From positions 51,582 through 115,581 of the IMG/VR virus record IMGVR_UViG_3300023210_000013: DNA of 64,000 nucleotides. The stretch is one strand, 5' to 3'. The DNA is from a virus. The notes beneath the pieces were generated by a model. The model had not been told where the DNA came from. It saw only the letters and a list, made by a program, of their open reading frames with translations, and ran no database searches. Made by a program: the position numbers and the translations under genes. Positions 1 to 10,682 of the stretch are shown here, in pieces; the stretch's first letter is position 1, and every line of letters begins with the position of its first letter.

Positions 1-751
1 CAGCTCTTAATCTACCCTCTATAAGGCCTAGTTGATTATTTACAGGTTCTCCTGCAAACATCATATTTTCTAGAATTCTTTGTTTTAAAGCGTACTCATA
101 ATATTCATTGCAATAAGGATGATCTAATACCAATAAGTTACCGTCATTGTCTTCCATTGCTCCTTGGAAGTTTATATATACTTTACCAGTCTTAAAATTA
201 GTTTTAATAAACCCATCTTTTATTTCAGCTATGTTTTGTGATCTTTGATTTAAAACCGCTGAATCACATGTTGCATCATTGACAGTTGTAATAGTTAAAG
301 GGCTAAATGCAGTGTAAGTTCTAAACTCTGCACTTGATGTTTGATGTACTAATTTATAACCTGTCCCATCAGGACAATCTTTTATTACACACACGTCATT
401 ACAAGAAGCATCTTCACAAGGACCTGTTCTTCCTGGAGCAGGTACATAATCTACACCTACTGTTTCAACATGTGTACCAGATGGCATTGTATGTTCTATG
501 GTATAATTTCCTGTAACAAATGCATAATTTAAATATGCAAAGTCATGAGGTAATCTTGCTTTGTTATGTTCAACATCTAAAATAACTTCTTTAGTTCTAT
601 GTATTTTTAACCCTAAGTCATAGTTTACTCTTGTTGCTACTTTAATTAATTGAGCTGCATCAATCATTCCTTCCAAAGCATATGTTGAAAAGTCAATTGA
701 AACATCTTCCATCAATGAATCAAACGTTCTATATTTATGTGATATTGCCAT
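1..751 (-). CDS. Tail ring/tubular protein, crAss-like (partial, runs off the left edge; not in the ORF track)
   Basis: Hand translation from ATG at 751, which overlaps the upstream stop as TAATG: MAISHKYRTFDSLMEDVSIDF...IKTNFKTGKVYINFQGAMEDNDGNLLVLDHPYCNEYYEYALKQRILE. Open to position 1. The C-terminal pattern resembles crAss-like ring proteins. Confidence 0.7.
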   Translation of the reverse strand, partial: MAISHKYRTFDSLMEDVSIDFSTYALEGMIDAAQLIKVATRVNYDLGLKIHRTKEVILDVEHNKARLPHDFAYLNYAFVTGNYTIEHTMPSGTHVETVGVDYVPAPGRTGPCEDASCNDVCVIKDCPDGTGYKLVHQTSSAEFRTYTAFSPLTITTVNDATCDSAVLNQRSQNIAEIKDGFIKTNFKTGKVYINFQGAMEDNDGNLLVLDHPYCNEYYEYALKQRILENMMFAGEPVNNQLGLIEGRLRA

Positions 752-1422
752 TATCTATGTAAATTAATTTTGTTATCAGAATCTTCAGAAGGAATTCTTA
801 CAGTACTCATCATTACTTGCAATACCTGACTTTCTATTTCTGCAAAAAGTGATTCTGGTATATTCATTGCCTGCTCATAACGTGGAGTGCATTCATCTTT
901 GCTATCACAAAGCCAATCAGATATATCATCATCAAAAACTCCTTCAAGTTTTATAGCATCCCATTCTAAATCAGGTAAATATAAATACCCATCCATATAC
1001 CAAAAATATTTTTGCTTATTGTATCTGAATGAGGTTGTTTTAGTAAGTGAGGTATATGTTCCTGGTTGTGTTGCTTTAAGTTCAGTAGAGCCATCAATAG
1101 AACTTACAGTTCTTATTAAAGCTCCCCAATAACCTTCTAGCATTTTAGGAAGTTTAGTTTTTGTACGTTTTATTGTACATCCGGATTGGATGCCTGTACA
1201 ATGAGCTTCTACTTTATCTACTTCAATTAATTCTATAAAAGGAAGTGTTTTCCAAATTGCACTAAATTTTAATAACTTATTTGCGTGATCTTGTCTTCTA
1301 ATTAAAAGTTGTGCAAACTTTAAAATTAAACTATATACGTATCTGTCAGTAACAAAAGCGTCCTGGGACTCTGCTTTTACCTGACCACGTACTCTTGATA
1401 TAACTTCTCCTATATTTGTCAT
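751..1422 (-). CDS. Tail ring/tubular protein
   Basis: 223 aa; ring-protein-like motifs (YFWYMDGYLYL, IPESLFAEIE); sits next to the IHF-like gene as in crAss-like phages. Confidence 0.6.
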   Translation of the reverse strand: MTNIGEVISRVRGQVKAESQDAFVTDRYVYSLILKFAQLLIRRQDHANKLLKFSAIWKTLPFIELIEVDKVEAHCTGIQSGCTIKRTKTKLPKMLEGYWGALIRTVSSIDGSTELKATQPGTYTSLTKTTSFRYNKQKYFWYMDGYLYLPDLEWDAIKLEGVFDDDISDWLCDSKDECTPRYEQAMNIPESLFAEIESQVLQVMMSTVRIPSEDSDNKINLHR

Positions 1423-1427
1423 TGTGT

Positions 1428-1994
1428 CTATGTTTCAAATTCATCATAGTCCTTCAGTGTTTTTGTAGTTGAAGTTAAATTTGGATCATACAGTTGTGAA
1501 ACTTTTATCTTACTTTGCATTTTTAAATACTTTGTCCAGTTCAGAGGATATTCTTGTGCTACCGTTCTTTTAAATTCTCTGTTGGCAACAAAAGACCATA
1601 ACTCTCTGTTTTTGAACTTATACTTAGTTGACCAATTTGTGTAAAATATTTTTCCTATGTTTCCGTCTGTATCCCAATTTTTATTTCTTAATACTTTACC
1701 ATATTCATTAGATCTTGAATAATCAATGTTTACTGTTTTTGCCGGTGGGCAAGTCCCAATAAATAAATAACCCAATGAGTCTGGTAACTCTACACCTTCT
1801 CTATGTTTTATAACTCCTTCCCACAATGCTCTATTGTATAGCTTAATTATTTGTTTTAACTTAGCATCATCAATATGGGCATATAAGGGTTTACGCTCTT
1901 TAAATTCTTTAAATGTTTCTTTATTGAGAAGACCTAATGTTTTCTTCCTATACCTAGGAGCATTTAAATCAGGCTTCTTAAAATTATTTATCAT
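1428..1994 (-). CDS. HU/IHF-like DNA-binding protein
   Basis: Helix followed by GVELPDSLGYLFIG beta-arm pattern; typical crAss-like IHF gene in the tail module. Confidence 0.6.
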   Translation of the reverse strand: MINNFKKPDLNAPRYRKKTLGLLNKETFKEFKERKPLYAHIDDAKLKQIIKLYNRALWEGVIKHREGVELPDSLGYLFIGTCPPAKTVNIDYSRSNEYGKVLRNKNWDTDGNIGKIFYTNWSTKYKFKNRELWSFVANREFKRTVAQEYPLNWTKYLKMQSKIKVSQLYDPNLTSTTKTLKDYDEFET

Positions 1995-2054
1995 ACTTAC
2001 TACATTATTAATTTACAAAAAAAAGCTCACTTATGAAAGCTAAAACGTGCTTCT

Positions 2055-3278
2055 TTACAAAGCTTGGTAAGTTAATTCACAAATGTTACCCATTGTAGGG
2101 TGTTGTAACTCTAACTTACCTGATCTTCTATTACCAACAAATTTATTTGAATAATGATAATAATCAGTCTTACCTAAACTAGGTAAAGTTTTTTCTATAA
2201 AGCCTGCTGTTTCATTTGATGTCATATACTCTACTTTTCTATCAGTATGTATGTGACCTTTAAATAATGTTCTGTTTGTAGTATCACCCCATGCCTTTGG
2301 GTATTCTGATGCATATATTAAAGGGTTGTTTTTACTACGCTTATCTCCATGTTCAAATGCATTAAAGTTATTATGCCAAACATGTACTTTTCTTTCTTCA
2401 TATTTTACATCCCAAGTTATTTCATCAGAAGTAATTGATTTAGAAAGCGCGTGTGCTAAATGAAAAGATGATAATCTATCATGATTACCAGGAACATAAA
2501 CCACTACTAATTTGTTACAAAAAGCTTTGATATAATTAATTGCCCAATGCATTGCATCAAAGGCCTTCATATAAGCCTCTGTAGAGCTCATACAATTGTC
2601 TAAAGGAGTTCCGCTTGTAGTTGTGCCATGAAAGGTATCCATGTTGATTAAATCACCTCCTACAACAAAGTACATTGTATCTATAGAGTGAGCTGGTGTA
2701 GCTCTTTCTAATAAGTTTATAATTGTGTCTTCAAAATCTTTATCTATTGTTTCATTACCTTCTTTACCAAAATGAATATCTTGCAATGAAATTACACCAC
2801 AAACCTTTTCTTTATTTTGTACTATACCTGAATTGGTTTTAGGTATTTTATAAGTTTTGGGAGTCCAAGATTCTAATAATTTTTCAAAATCACTTGATGA
2901 AGTTTCCTTAACTCTTGATATTAAGGCTGATACGCGCCAATGGTCTCCCATTTGCTTATTCCAATATTGAGATAATTTCCATATTGAAGTATCAATTTTT
3001 AATAATGATATTATTTCTTCTGCTGATTTTGGTTCATGATTAAATGTACCAGATATTTTCCCTGTACCTTTATCAAGATCTATTGCCTCTGTAACATTAA
3101 CATCTTGTGATATTTTCTGTAAATGTTTTTTCTTTTTTTTAGATAACCTTCTTTCTAAAAGAACTTCTTTTTTAAGCTTTACATATTCTGATTCTAAAAT
3201 ACCTAATTTAGCTGCACAATATGTGGGATGTTTTTTCCACTTTAAAGTTTCTTTTATTTGTTCCTTGAGGTTTTGCAT
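2055..3278 (-). CDS. Calcineurin-like metallophosphoesterase
   Basis: All metal-binding motifs present: DIHFG, GGDLIN, GNHD, EHGD, GHIH. Start MQNLKEQ (3278) preferred because a promoter-like octamer lies at 3303-3310. Confidence 0.85.
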   Translation of the reverse strand: MQNLKEQIKETLKWKKHPTYCAAKLGILESEYVKLKKEVLLERRLSKKKKKHLQKISQDVNVTEAIDLDKGTGKISGTFNHEPKSAEEIISLLKIDTSIWKLSQYWNKQMGDHWRVSALISRVKETSSSDFEKLLESWTPKTYKIPKTNSGIVQNKEKVCGVISLQDIHFGKEGNETIDKDFEDTIINLLERATPAHSIDTMYFVVGGDLINMDTFHGTTTSGTPLDNCMSSTEAYMKAFDAMHWAINYIKAFCNKLVVVYVPGNHDRLSSFHLAHALSKSITSDEITWDVKYEERKVHVWHNNFNAFEHGDKRSKNNPLIYASEYPKAWGDTTNRTLFKGHIHTDRKVEYMTSNETAGFIEKTLPSLGKTDYYHYSNKFVGNRRSGKLELQHPTMGNICELTYQAL

Positions 3279-3326
3279 AATAATGAAGATTTTTAAATTT
3301 ACCAAATATAATGAATTTCTTCTAAT

Positions 3327-3356
3327 AAAAAAAAGAGGCCCCTAAACGGAGCCTCT
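3327..3356 (-). terminator. Intrinsic terminator
   Basis: AGAGGC...GCCTCT stem followed by a T-run on the minus strand, downstream of 3407..3964. Confidence 0.6.
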
Positions 3357-3406
3357 CCAACGTTAGTAGTAGAAAACCAACAAACCACCACTTCTCTGTT
3401 GTTATT

Positions 3407-3964
3407 TTATAAAGTAGTAATCAATATTTCAACTGAGTCACAATAGACTCCACCAAATAAAGATTGCACTTTTATTTTATAATCTGTTGCTGTAGTTAAT
3501 CCTGTTATTTCAAACTTTGATTCAAGAACTGAAATAGGAGTTAAATTAGCTGTAGTCCATCCCGAAGGTGTTACTACTGTATCATACTGAACATTAAAAC
3601 TTGCACTTAAAGATGAAGCACCATTCCACACTACAGTAGCTTTATTAGCTTCAATTCCTTGAGCATATACATTGTAAGGAGCATGATGTACATTATCTGC
3701 AGTACATGCGCCTAAACCATTAACCATTGTTAAAGCCATTTTTTGTAAAATCTGATCAAGTCTTTCTCCTGATTGAATTTTAAAAATACCTGCTGCTGTT
3801 TCTATTTGAAAAGAAGTTCCACAATAACTAACACACTCAGTACATTGAACATCATCACAACGTTCATTACCTACTGAACATTCTGTATATCCGCAAGGTG
3901 TAGCATAACTGCTGTCTTTGCACCCACAAGGTTTTGAACTATTTTTATTACAATTACAGGACAT
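3407..3964 (-). CDS. Cys-rich fibre/structural protein with C-terminal FN3 domain
   Basis: 12 Cys; CxxCVxYxG...IxxGxxLxxILxK motif; FN3 signature (W...Y...ITGLTTATDYKIKV). Confidence 0.65.
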   Translation of the reverse strand: MSCNCNKNSSKPCGCKDSSYATPCGYTECSVGNERCDDVQCTECVSYCGTSFQIETAAGIFKIQSGERLDQILQKMALTMVNGLGACTADNVHHAPYNVYAQGIEANKATVVWNGASSLSASFNVQYDTVVTPSGWTTANLTPISVLESKFEITGLTTATDYKIKVQSLFGGVYCDSVEILITTL

Positions 3965-3981
3965 ATTATTTTATATTTTTT

Positions 3982-5664
3982 TTAAGGTTGAGGTAGACAT
4001 ATTTGTTCAAGAGTTACTGTTACACCTGGTACAGGTGTGTAAGCACGCGCACATATAGTTATAACCGGTCTTACATCTGGTTCAGCACTAAATAATATAG
4101 TTTGGTCAGGAAATCCGTCACAATTAACATATTGAAATGCTGTTGATTGGTTTGCTATTCCTTCAACTCTATATTGATTACATATTTGTGGTGTTTCTGC
4201 TTGAGCTGTTTCAAAAGGAACATCATCACAATACGTTGTAAACCCATTTAAGTTTATTACAAGTTTAACTACATAACTTGTTTCAGCAGATAAGCCCGTT
4301 GCATTAAAGCTTACAACAGCACCTGGGTTATTTCTAACTTCAGTGAATGCTATTGTTTGCGGTAAAGAAACTGTCATAACATATAAACTATATGTTGCTG
4401 TTGTTCCTAAATTATTTGTAAATGCTACCGTTGCTGTTGAATCTGTTATAGAACTAACACCTATATCTGAAGGGCAATTAGATGGGCTAGATAGAGTTTT
4501 ACTAATACTGTCACTACACTGGTTAGTACCATCTGTTGCACAAAATGCAACTTGCGTTGTAAATCCTTGAAATTTATTAAGTGATGCCAAAGATACTACC
4601 ACAGGTGATCCTGATTGAGCAATACTTATATCTGTAGTAGTTGATGTAGATCCACCAATACCATCTGTTATTGTAAGAGTTGTAAAACCATTACAATCAC
4701 TATATGCTGGTGGTATGTTACATCCTGAAAAATTAAAAGAAATAGATGATGCATTTCCTGTAGCATCTGTATTAAGAGTTGCTGAATAAGCAAATGTAAT
4801 ATCATCACACCCACTTCCACAACAAGTTGTTTGTATTGATTCTATTGCAGCATACATATCACATACTATAGCCCATAAGTTACCATGAGATTGAGCAAGT
4901 GTTGATGGGTTATTAACCCAACTACCAGCTGAACCGTAAGTAGCACTACTTGATAACATTCCTGTTGATCCAGTTATACAACTTTGATTGATTGCTAAAC
5001 CTATTAAGGCAGGACTACCAACTGCATTTTCTAAATTACATAATTTAGATTCAACTTCTGATAACAAAGCTGTTACAGCCATTGATAAACCAGGATTGAT
5101 ACATTGGGATATAAGACTTCCAGATCCACCGCCTCCTGCCGGAGTACATGATCCATCTGTTAAAACACAATTTTCTAATGTAATTAATCTTGTTTCATGA
5201 TTATTAATAGTAACATTAATTAAATTAATACTATCTAATATATCACAAATTTTTCCAGCTAGATACGCTGCATATAAATCTAATCTTAAAGCTGTTATTT
5301 GTTGAACTCCTACAGTATAATATAAACATATTGGTAAATCTATAGTAGGTAAAACATACGCTGGTTTTTCAGTAGTATTACATATTTTATCAATAATTAA
5401 CTGTAAAGTATCTGAGAGTTTTTTTGGAGCTTCTTGTCCTCCAGGTAATACACATTTTAAATCAAGACCTGAAAGATCAGGTTCTCCTGCAACTGAATCT
5501 ATAATTTTACAAAGCTCTTCAGCAAGCTTTGCAATAACTTCACTTACACTGTCACCATTGCATATGTCTATACACGGTAGATCCGGACCTTGCCAGATGA
5601 CACAATTTGAAGATATGTTAGAGCACGGTGTTGTGCTTCCATTATTCGTTGGTATCATAAACAT
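3982..5664 (-). CDS. Cys-rich fibre protein with FN3-like domain
   Basis: 28 Cys; N-terminal CVIWQGPDLPC..ICNGDSVSEVIAKL motif; repeated helical units ending K(I/L)C; FN3-like ATGLSAETSYVVKL. Confidence 0.65.
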   Translation of the reverse strand: MFMIPTNNGSTTPCSNISSNCVIWQGPDLPCIDICNGDSVSEVIAKLAEELCKIIDSVAGEPDLSGLDLKCVLPGGQEAPKKLSDTLQLIIDKICNTTEKPAYVLPTIDLPICLYYTVGVQQITALRLDLYAAYLAGKICDILDSINLINVTINNHETRLITLENCVLTDGSCTPAGGGGSGSLISQCINPGLSMAVTALLSEVESKLCNLENAVGSPALIGLAINQSCITGSTGMLSSSATYGSAGSWVNNPSTLAQSHGNLWAIVCDMYAAIESIQTTCCGSGCDDITFAYSATLNTDATGNASSISFNFSGCNIPPAYSDCNGFTTLTITDGIGGSTSTTTDISIAQSGSPVVVSLASLNKFQGFTTQVAFCATDGTNQCSDSISKTLSSPSNCPSDIGVSSITDSTATVAFTNNLGTTATYSLYVMTVSLPQTIAFTEVRNNPGAVVSFNATGLSAETSYVVKLVINLNGFTTYCDDVPFETAQAETPQICNQYRVEGIANQSTAFQYVNCDGFPDQTILFSAEPDVRPVITICARAYTPVPGVTVTLEQICLPQP

Positions 5665-5788
5665 CTTATTTTAAAACCTAGTAACTTACCGGTATATAAT
5701 ATAATATACAAAAGTTTTTGCAATCAAACAAGTAGTTCAATCACTTTAAGTTATAAAATAAGATGTTATGTATATAGTATACTAATAA

Positions 5789-6061
5789 TTAGTTATCTAC
5801 TAGTGCCGGTTCTGCTTCAGAAATAGCACCATCTGCTAAAGAAATATTAACTTCTCCATACGTTTCTTGTAACGTAGCAGACATTTCTTTTAATGAATTT
5901 TTTAAAGATGCATGATCTTGAAGTAATTCATATTTAGCAATTTCAATATTACCTAAATTTACTAAAGCATTATTAATATTAGATTGTAAAGTTTGTAAAG
6001 CTACTAATTCTTCAGATGTAACTTTTTTTGATTCTACAACTTTTTTTAATTTTTTTGCCAT
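5789..6061 (-). CDS. Small coiled-coil protein, possible fibre assembly chaperone
   Basis: 90 aa coiled coil ending YGEVNISLADG; lies downstream of the fibre genes. Confidence 0.5.
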   Translation of the reverse strand: MAKKLKKVVESKKVTSEELVALQTLQSNINNALVNLGNIEIAKYELLQDHASLKNSLKEMSATLQETYGEVNISLADGAISEAEPALVDN

Positions 6062-6122
6062 GATGGTTTATTTTTATAATGTTTATACTTCAAAGATAAT
6101 AAAATTATTTTAATTATAATTA

Positions 6123-7313
6123 CTATCTAGGTACCATTTTTTGCATGTAAATAGTCAAACCATTTTCTAATTCAAATGCCATAGTACCAAACTTCTCATC
6201 AAAATAAGCATTTTTAACTCCTTCCATACTACCACCATCTGCACCTGCAGGACCTGCCGGTCCCGGTGCTCCTGCAGTACCTGTATTACCTTTTGGACCT
6301 GTTGATCCAGCGGGCCCTCTAGCTCCTGCTGCCCCGGTATTACCTTTAGCTCCAGCCGCACCAGCTGCTCCAGTAAGCCCTCTTGCACCGGCTGCTCCTG
6401 CAGCACCAGTATTACCTTTAGCTCCAGCTGCTCCAGCCGCACCAGCTGCTCCTGTTAGTCCTCTAGGTCCTTGTAAATTTGTAGCTTCTCCTACCCATAT
6501 ACCTTTACTATCAATTACTGTTGTACCTGCTATAGCTAGAAAACCTACATCAGCTACATTTTTTAATTTTAATCTACCGTTTGTAGTTAATGACATTGCT
6601 CCATCATTATTTCCTTGACCTTCATATTTCCAAACCCATCCTCGGTCTGCATCATTATTCATTTGAAATACTGTAGCATAATCATTTAAATAACCATAAG
6701 ATTGACCAGATACCATACCAAGACCATAAGTAGTTGAATTACCCCAGAATCTATATTTACTTGAATTATCACCTGAATTAGTATAGTGACTTGCTCCACC
6801 ATTTGGTCCGGCTGGACCTACTGCACCAGCATCACCTTTGGCTCCAGCTGCTCCGGCTGCACCTGCAGAACCGGCAGGCCCTCTAGCACCAGCTGCCCCA
6901 GCTGTCCCGGCTGCTCCTGTAAGTCCTCTTGCTCCTGCTGAACCCGCGTCTCCTTTTGCACCTGCGGCTCCAGCGTCTCCCTTAGCACCTGCTGGTCCTC
7001 TTGCACCAGCTGATCCGTTAGTACCGTCTGTTCCTGCAGGTCCTCTATCACCTTTAGCACCCGCTGCTCCATCTGCCCCATTTGAACCATCTGTTCCTGC
7101 GGGACCTCTTGCTCCATCAGCTCCGTCACTACCATTAGTTCCATTAGTCCCGTCAGCACCTCTTGCACCACCGTCACCCTTTGGACCTGTTAATCCTACA
7201 CCCCCGGTATTTCCTTTTGGGCCTACAAATTGAGGAAAATTAGTAGTATTAAAGTTTCCTGTGTGTAATGCTTCATTACCACCAATTGTTGTTCCTTGTT
7301 TTAAATCTGCCAT
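6123..7313 (-). CDS. Collagen-like fibre protein
   Basis: Two long Gly-X-Y tracts flanking a beta-rich fibre domain. Confidence 0.85.
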   Translation of the reverse strand: MADLKQGTTIGGNEALHTGNFNTTNFPQFVGPKGNTGGVGLTGPKGDGGARGADGTNGTNGSDGADGARGPAGTDGSNGADGAAGAKGDRGPAGTDGTNGSAGARGPAGAKGDAGAAGAKGDAGSAGARGLTGAAGTAGAAGARGPAGSAGAAGAAGAKGDAGAVGPAGPNGGASHYTNSGDNSSKYRFWGNSTTYGLGMVSGQSYGYLNDYATVFQMNNDADRGWVWKYEGQGNNDGAMSLTTNGRLKLKNVADVGFLAIAGTTVIDSKGIWVGEATNLQGPRGLTGAAGAAGAAGAKGNTGAAGAAGARGLTGAAGAAGAKGNTGAAGARGPAGSTGPKGNTGTAGAPGPAGPAGADGGSMEGVKNAYFDEKFGTMAFELENGLTIYMQKMVPR

Positions 7314-7314
7314 T

Positions 7315-7416
7315 TTATTGTATATTTTGATTTGCTGTCACTAAACATTCAGTTGAAGAACACCCTGAGCCTTCTCCACCACATACTTCACACAAATATA
7401 ATTCTTTATTATTCAT
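7315..7416 (-). CDS. 33-aa Cys-rich micro-protein (not in the ORF track)
   Basis: MNNKELYLCEVCGGEGSGCSSTECLVTANQNIQ*; fills the gap between two fibre genes and overlaps the upstream stop. Confidence 0.5.
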   Translation of the reverse strand: MNNKELYLCEVCGGEGSGCSSTECLVTANQNIQ

Positions 7417-9271
7417 TGTCTTCTATTATATTATGTGCATTTACACTTCCTCTTTTAGTAGATTTACCTAACACACCTGTAATACCAAGTGGATCTACTT
7501 CATAAATTCCAGGTAATGCCCACCATGTTTTATGTGATGTCTTACCATTATAGTAATCTAACCATCTTAAATGTATTTGATCATCTCCTTCTTTAAATCT
7601 AGAGACTCTAATATTACCCCCATTAGCTCCTACACTACCAAGTGTTTTTGTATTGTTATCAGCACTTCCATTTTCATAATTACCAAAAGCTCTACACCAG
7701 TGTTTAGTGTAAAACTCATTACCTTGAGCATCAGTAAACCAATGCGGTAAAAACCAATAAGCCATTAATGACCATTTATCTTTTTCTACATTACCTGCTC
7801 CTGGGTAATGTGAATAAGGGTTTGTTGTATTACTAGTTCCTGAATAAGCATATGTAGGTACTAGTGAACCATTACTTCTTGTATGTGTACCTAGATAATT
7901 ATTACCAGAAGTTTTTTCTTGACAATTCATCCAGATTAATCCAACATACATTTTATTAGAATCTATATTAACATAACCTATTTCACTATATCTGTTAGAA
8001 TCACCTGTTAAGTTTTTACCTTCATGGATGCTATATTCATTTCTTGCAGTAAGCGTTCTATTAAACCATCTTACTTGTTCTGTATCAAATCCAGATCCAT
8101 ATTGAGAATCTCCAAGGTTTGGTCTATTAGTTAAGTTTTTAGGTGAAGCCCATAAATCATAATAACTACCAGGATTACCTAATTGAAAACCTATATGTTC
8201 TGAAACATGTTGCCCAGATAAAATATTTGATTGAATAGATGCATAACCTTTTGAATAAGGATGCATTCCACAACGTTGTATCTGTATATTCCGTATAGAA
8301 GAAATACCCTCATCAATAGAATCAGTCATATGATAATGTCCAGTTCTTAAATATTTAGCGGGAGCTCCACCTGTATTACTACCACTTGGTGTATCTCTTG
8401 CAGGACTCCACATAAAATAATAATCAAATGTTTCCCATTCTACAGACTTAGAATCTTTTGAAGCAGATCTAATCCAACCATCTGAATCAGATGCAGACCA
8501 AAAATATGATCTTACACTACCTCCAGCAGCAAACCTATCTCTAGATATTTTATGCTGCCCTGTCATTCTAACATATTCTCCTTCATATAATGATGCTCTA
8601 CCAGTTTCTGGTATTGTAAAATATTTATGATGAAAACCATATCCTGTACCGTCATAGTTTATTTCAACCATGCTTTCACCATTATCTAAATCAGGACCAT
8701 AACCTTCACTTCCAACTTCTCCCCAAATAGATGGTACTGCGTAAGAAACATATGCAGCATCTGCACCTGATGTATTTGTATGCAACACCTCTCTTATAAT
8801 TCCCAATGCTGATGTACCTATTGCCGCATAAGGATGTCTATGTGTAGGTCCTAAAGATAAACCTGGTAAATTAAACCAATGATTTGCTCTAACCATATCC
8901 ATACTTTCTGCAAGATCTGAATTAGTTCCTATTGCATCAAATGATGATAAACAATAAAAAACATTTCCAAATTCATTAGAATGTATTGCTTTTAACTTGT
9001 TTGCTAAATTAGTTCTTTCTGCATCAGATGCATATACATCATATCTTCTAATGCCTTCAACCAATGTCATTTCTGGATGACTTATAATAGCAAGTGATAA
9101 TCCCCTACCTCCTACATTTTCTCCTTGTTTACCATTATCCCATCTTATATATCCGGCACCAGTTTCATTAGCGTTATAACTTGTACCCTTGACCTCAATA
9201 AGGGAATGTAATGCCCCTATGTGATCATGTATATTATTAACTTTTAAATCTCTGGTTTTAGTCAGTCTCAT
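7409..9271 (-). CDS. Tail-associated protein with N-terminal ILEI/PANDER (GG-lectin)-like domain and carbohydrate-binding-like domains
   Basis: GRGLSLAII...RRYDVY...LANKLKAI...LSSFDA...RHPYAAIG pattern; aromatic-rich beta-sandwich segments. Confidence 0.6.
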   Translation of the reverse strand: MRLTKTRDLKVNNIHDHIGALHSLIEVKGTSYNANETGAGYIRWDNGKQGENVGGRGLSLAIISHPEMTLVEGIRRYDVYASDAERTNLANKLKAIHSNEFGNVFYCLSSFDAIGTNSDLAESMDMVRANHWFNLPGLSLGPTHRHPYAAIGTSALGIIREVLHTNTSGADAAYVSYAVPSIWGEVGSEGYGPDLDNGESMVEINYDGTGYGFHHKYFTIPETGRASLYEGEYVRMTGQHKISRDRFAAGGSVRSYFWSASDSDGWIRSASKDSKSVEWETFDYYFMWSPARDTPSGSNTGGAPAKYLRTGHYHMTDSIDEGISSIRNIQIQRCGMHPYSKGYASIQSNILSGQHVSEHIGFQLGNPGSYYDLWASPKNLTNRPNLGDSQYGSGFDTEQVRWFNRTLTARNEYSIHEGKNLTGDSNRYSEIGYVNIDSNKMYVGLIWMNCQEKTSGNNYLGTHTRSNGSLVPTYAYSGTSNTTNPYSHYPGAGNVEKDKWSLMAYWFLPHWFTDAQGNEFYTKHWCRAFGNYENGSADNNTKTLGSVGANGGNIRVSRFKEGDDQIHLRWLDYYNGKTSHKTWWALPGIYEVDPLGITGVLGKSTKRGSVNAHNIIEDNE

Positions 9272-9275
9272 TTTC

Positions 9276-10682
9276 TTATACTATAAATCTCATTGTTGTT
9301 CCATCATATGTAATAACTGATCCATTAATACCTAATGATGTACCGTCAAATGTTAAGTTTGCTTCCCCATTAACTGTTGTTCCACCTGTAGCTGTTATTA
9401 CTCTATTGTTACTATTATTTAAAACATCTAAAGTAGGTCCTGTTGCACCGTCAGTTCCGTCAGTCCCATTGGTACCGTTAGTTCCATTAGTTCCGTTTGT
9501 TCCATCAGTACCATCAGTACCATCAACACCAGGATCACCTTTAGCCCCAGGGTCACCCTTGGCTCCTGGATCACCTTTTTCACCGGGCTCTCCTTTTTCA
9601 CCAGGATCCCCTTTAGCTCCGGGATCTCCATTAGTACCATCAGTACCATTGGTGCCATCTACTCCGTTAGTTCCATTGGTTCCATTGGTTCCGTCTGATC
9701 CATTTGTTCCTGGATCACCATCAACCCCATCAACCCCATTGGTTCCATCACTTCCATCTGTTCCGTTGGTACCATTTGTACCATTTGTACCATCTGTACC
9801 CGGATTACCTTTGTCTCCTTTAGGTCCTGTATTCCAAGAACATGCACCTGAATCTGAGTTATAAGTTGAATCACCGCCAGGAAGTATTATAACACCAGGC
9901 ATCCATTTTAAAGATCCCGTGTCTGCATTATGTTGAGCAATAAGTAACCAATTTTCATTAGGTATAACACTTGAACCATTATAATCAAGAACATGCAATG
10001 TACCTGATTGATAATCTTCACCGTATTTTTGTATCCAATATAATCCCCACCATCCTGGAACGTCAATTCCTGTATTAGCGGGTATATCTATGTGACCATT
10101 ACTACTTAAGTTTTTACTTACAGGTATACAGATAATCCTAGATGTCCACTTTAATACACCGTTTTTCCAAGTAACAGTACCACCACCACTCATAGAGTAG
10201 TTAGCATGTGCACCTTCAAATACAGTTGTTAAATCTTGATCAACTGTTGCACCTGCACTAATACCATCTAATTTTGTTTTTAATGCTGCTGTAAAGTTCT
10301 TTGTGGTTAATCCACCGTCACCTACAGAATATGTTGTGTCTTTATCTGATGTTGTAACCGTTGATGTTGTATCATCTGCATGAGTAAATGTAATTGTATC
10401 ATTACTAACTGATGCTGATTTAATTGGGTTTACACTAGCATCTAATTTATTACCAATGCTGGTAGATATAGTTGTAGAAAAATTAGGATCATCACCTAAT
10501 GCAGCTGCCAATTCATTTAATGTATCTAATGTAACAGGTGCGGAATTAACTAAGTTTGTTATAGATGTTGTTACAAATTCTTTTGTAGCAACAGTTTTAC
10601 CCAAGTGAGTCATTACATCAGTAGATGCAATCTGTTCTCCGCTTATGGTTAATTCTCTTTTAGATGGTGTAGTTGTTGCCAT
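9276..10682 (-). CDS. Tail fibre with collagen-like tract
   Basis: Classic fibre motif LVNSAPVTLDTLNELAAALGDDPNF plus a GTN/GTD/GDP Gly-X-Y tract. Confidence 0.85.
   Translation of the reverse strand: MATTTPSKRELTISGEQIASTDVMTHLGKTVATKEFVTTSITNLVNSAPVTLDTLNELAAALGDDPNFSTTISTSIGNKLDASVNPIKSASVSNDTITFTHADDTTSTVTTSDKDTTYSVGDGGLTTKNFTAALKTKLDGISAGATVDQDLTTVFEGAHANYSMSGGGTVTWKNGVLKWTSRIICIPVSKNLSSNGHIDIPANTGIDVPGWWGLYWIQKYGEDYQSGTLHVLDYNGSSVIPNENWLLIAQHNADTGSLKWMPGVIILPGGDSTYNSDSGACSWNTGPKGDKGNPGTDGTNGTNGTNGTDGSDGTNGVDGVDGDPGTNGSDGTNGTNGTNGVDGTNGTDGTNGDPGAKGDPGEKGEPGEKGDPGAKGDPGAKGDPGVDGTDGTDGTNGTNGTNGTNGTDGTDGATGPTLDVLNNSNNRVITATGGTTVNGEANLTFDGTSLGINGSVITYDGTTMRFIV

Noticed and set aside
7392-7399. 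TATATTTG promoter upstream of the collagen gene
   Set aside because: Lies inside the 33-aa micro-ORF, so it is ambiguous and was not counted.
6240-9810. 9-bp-periodic repeats as CRISPR or mobile repeats
   Set aside because: Fully explained by collagen coding; no repeat-spacer structure.
6167-9874. Alternative-frame and antisense ORFs over the collagen genes (6167, 6818, 6838, 9406, 9428, 9659)
   Set aside because: Shadow ORFs produced by Gly-X-Y codon periodicity.
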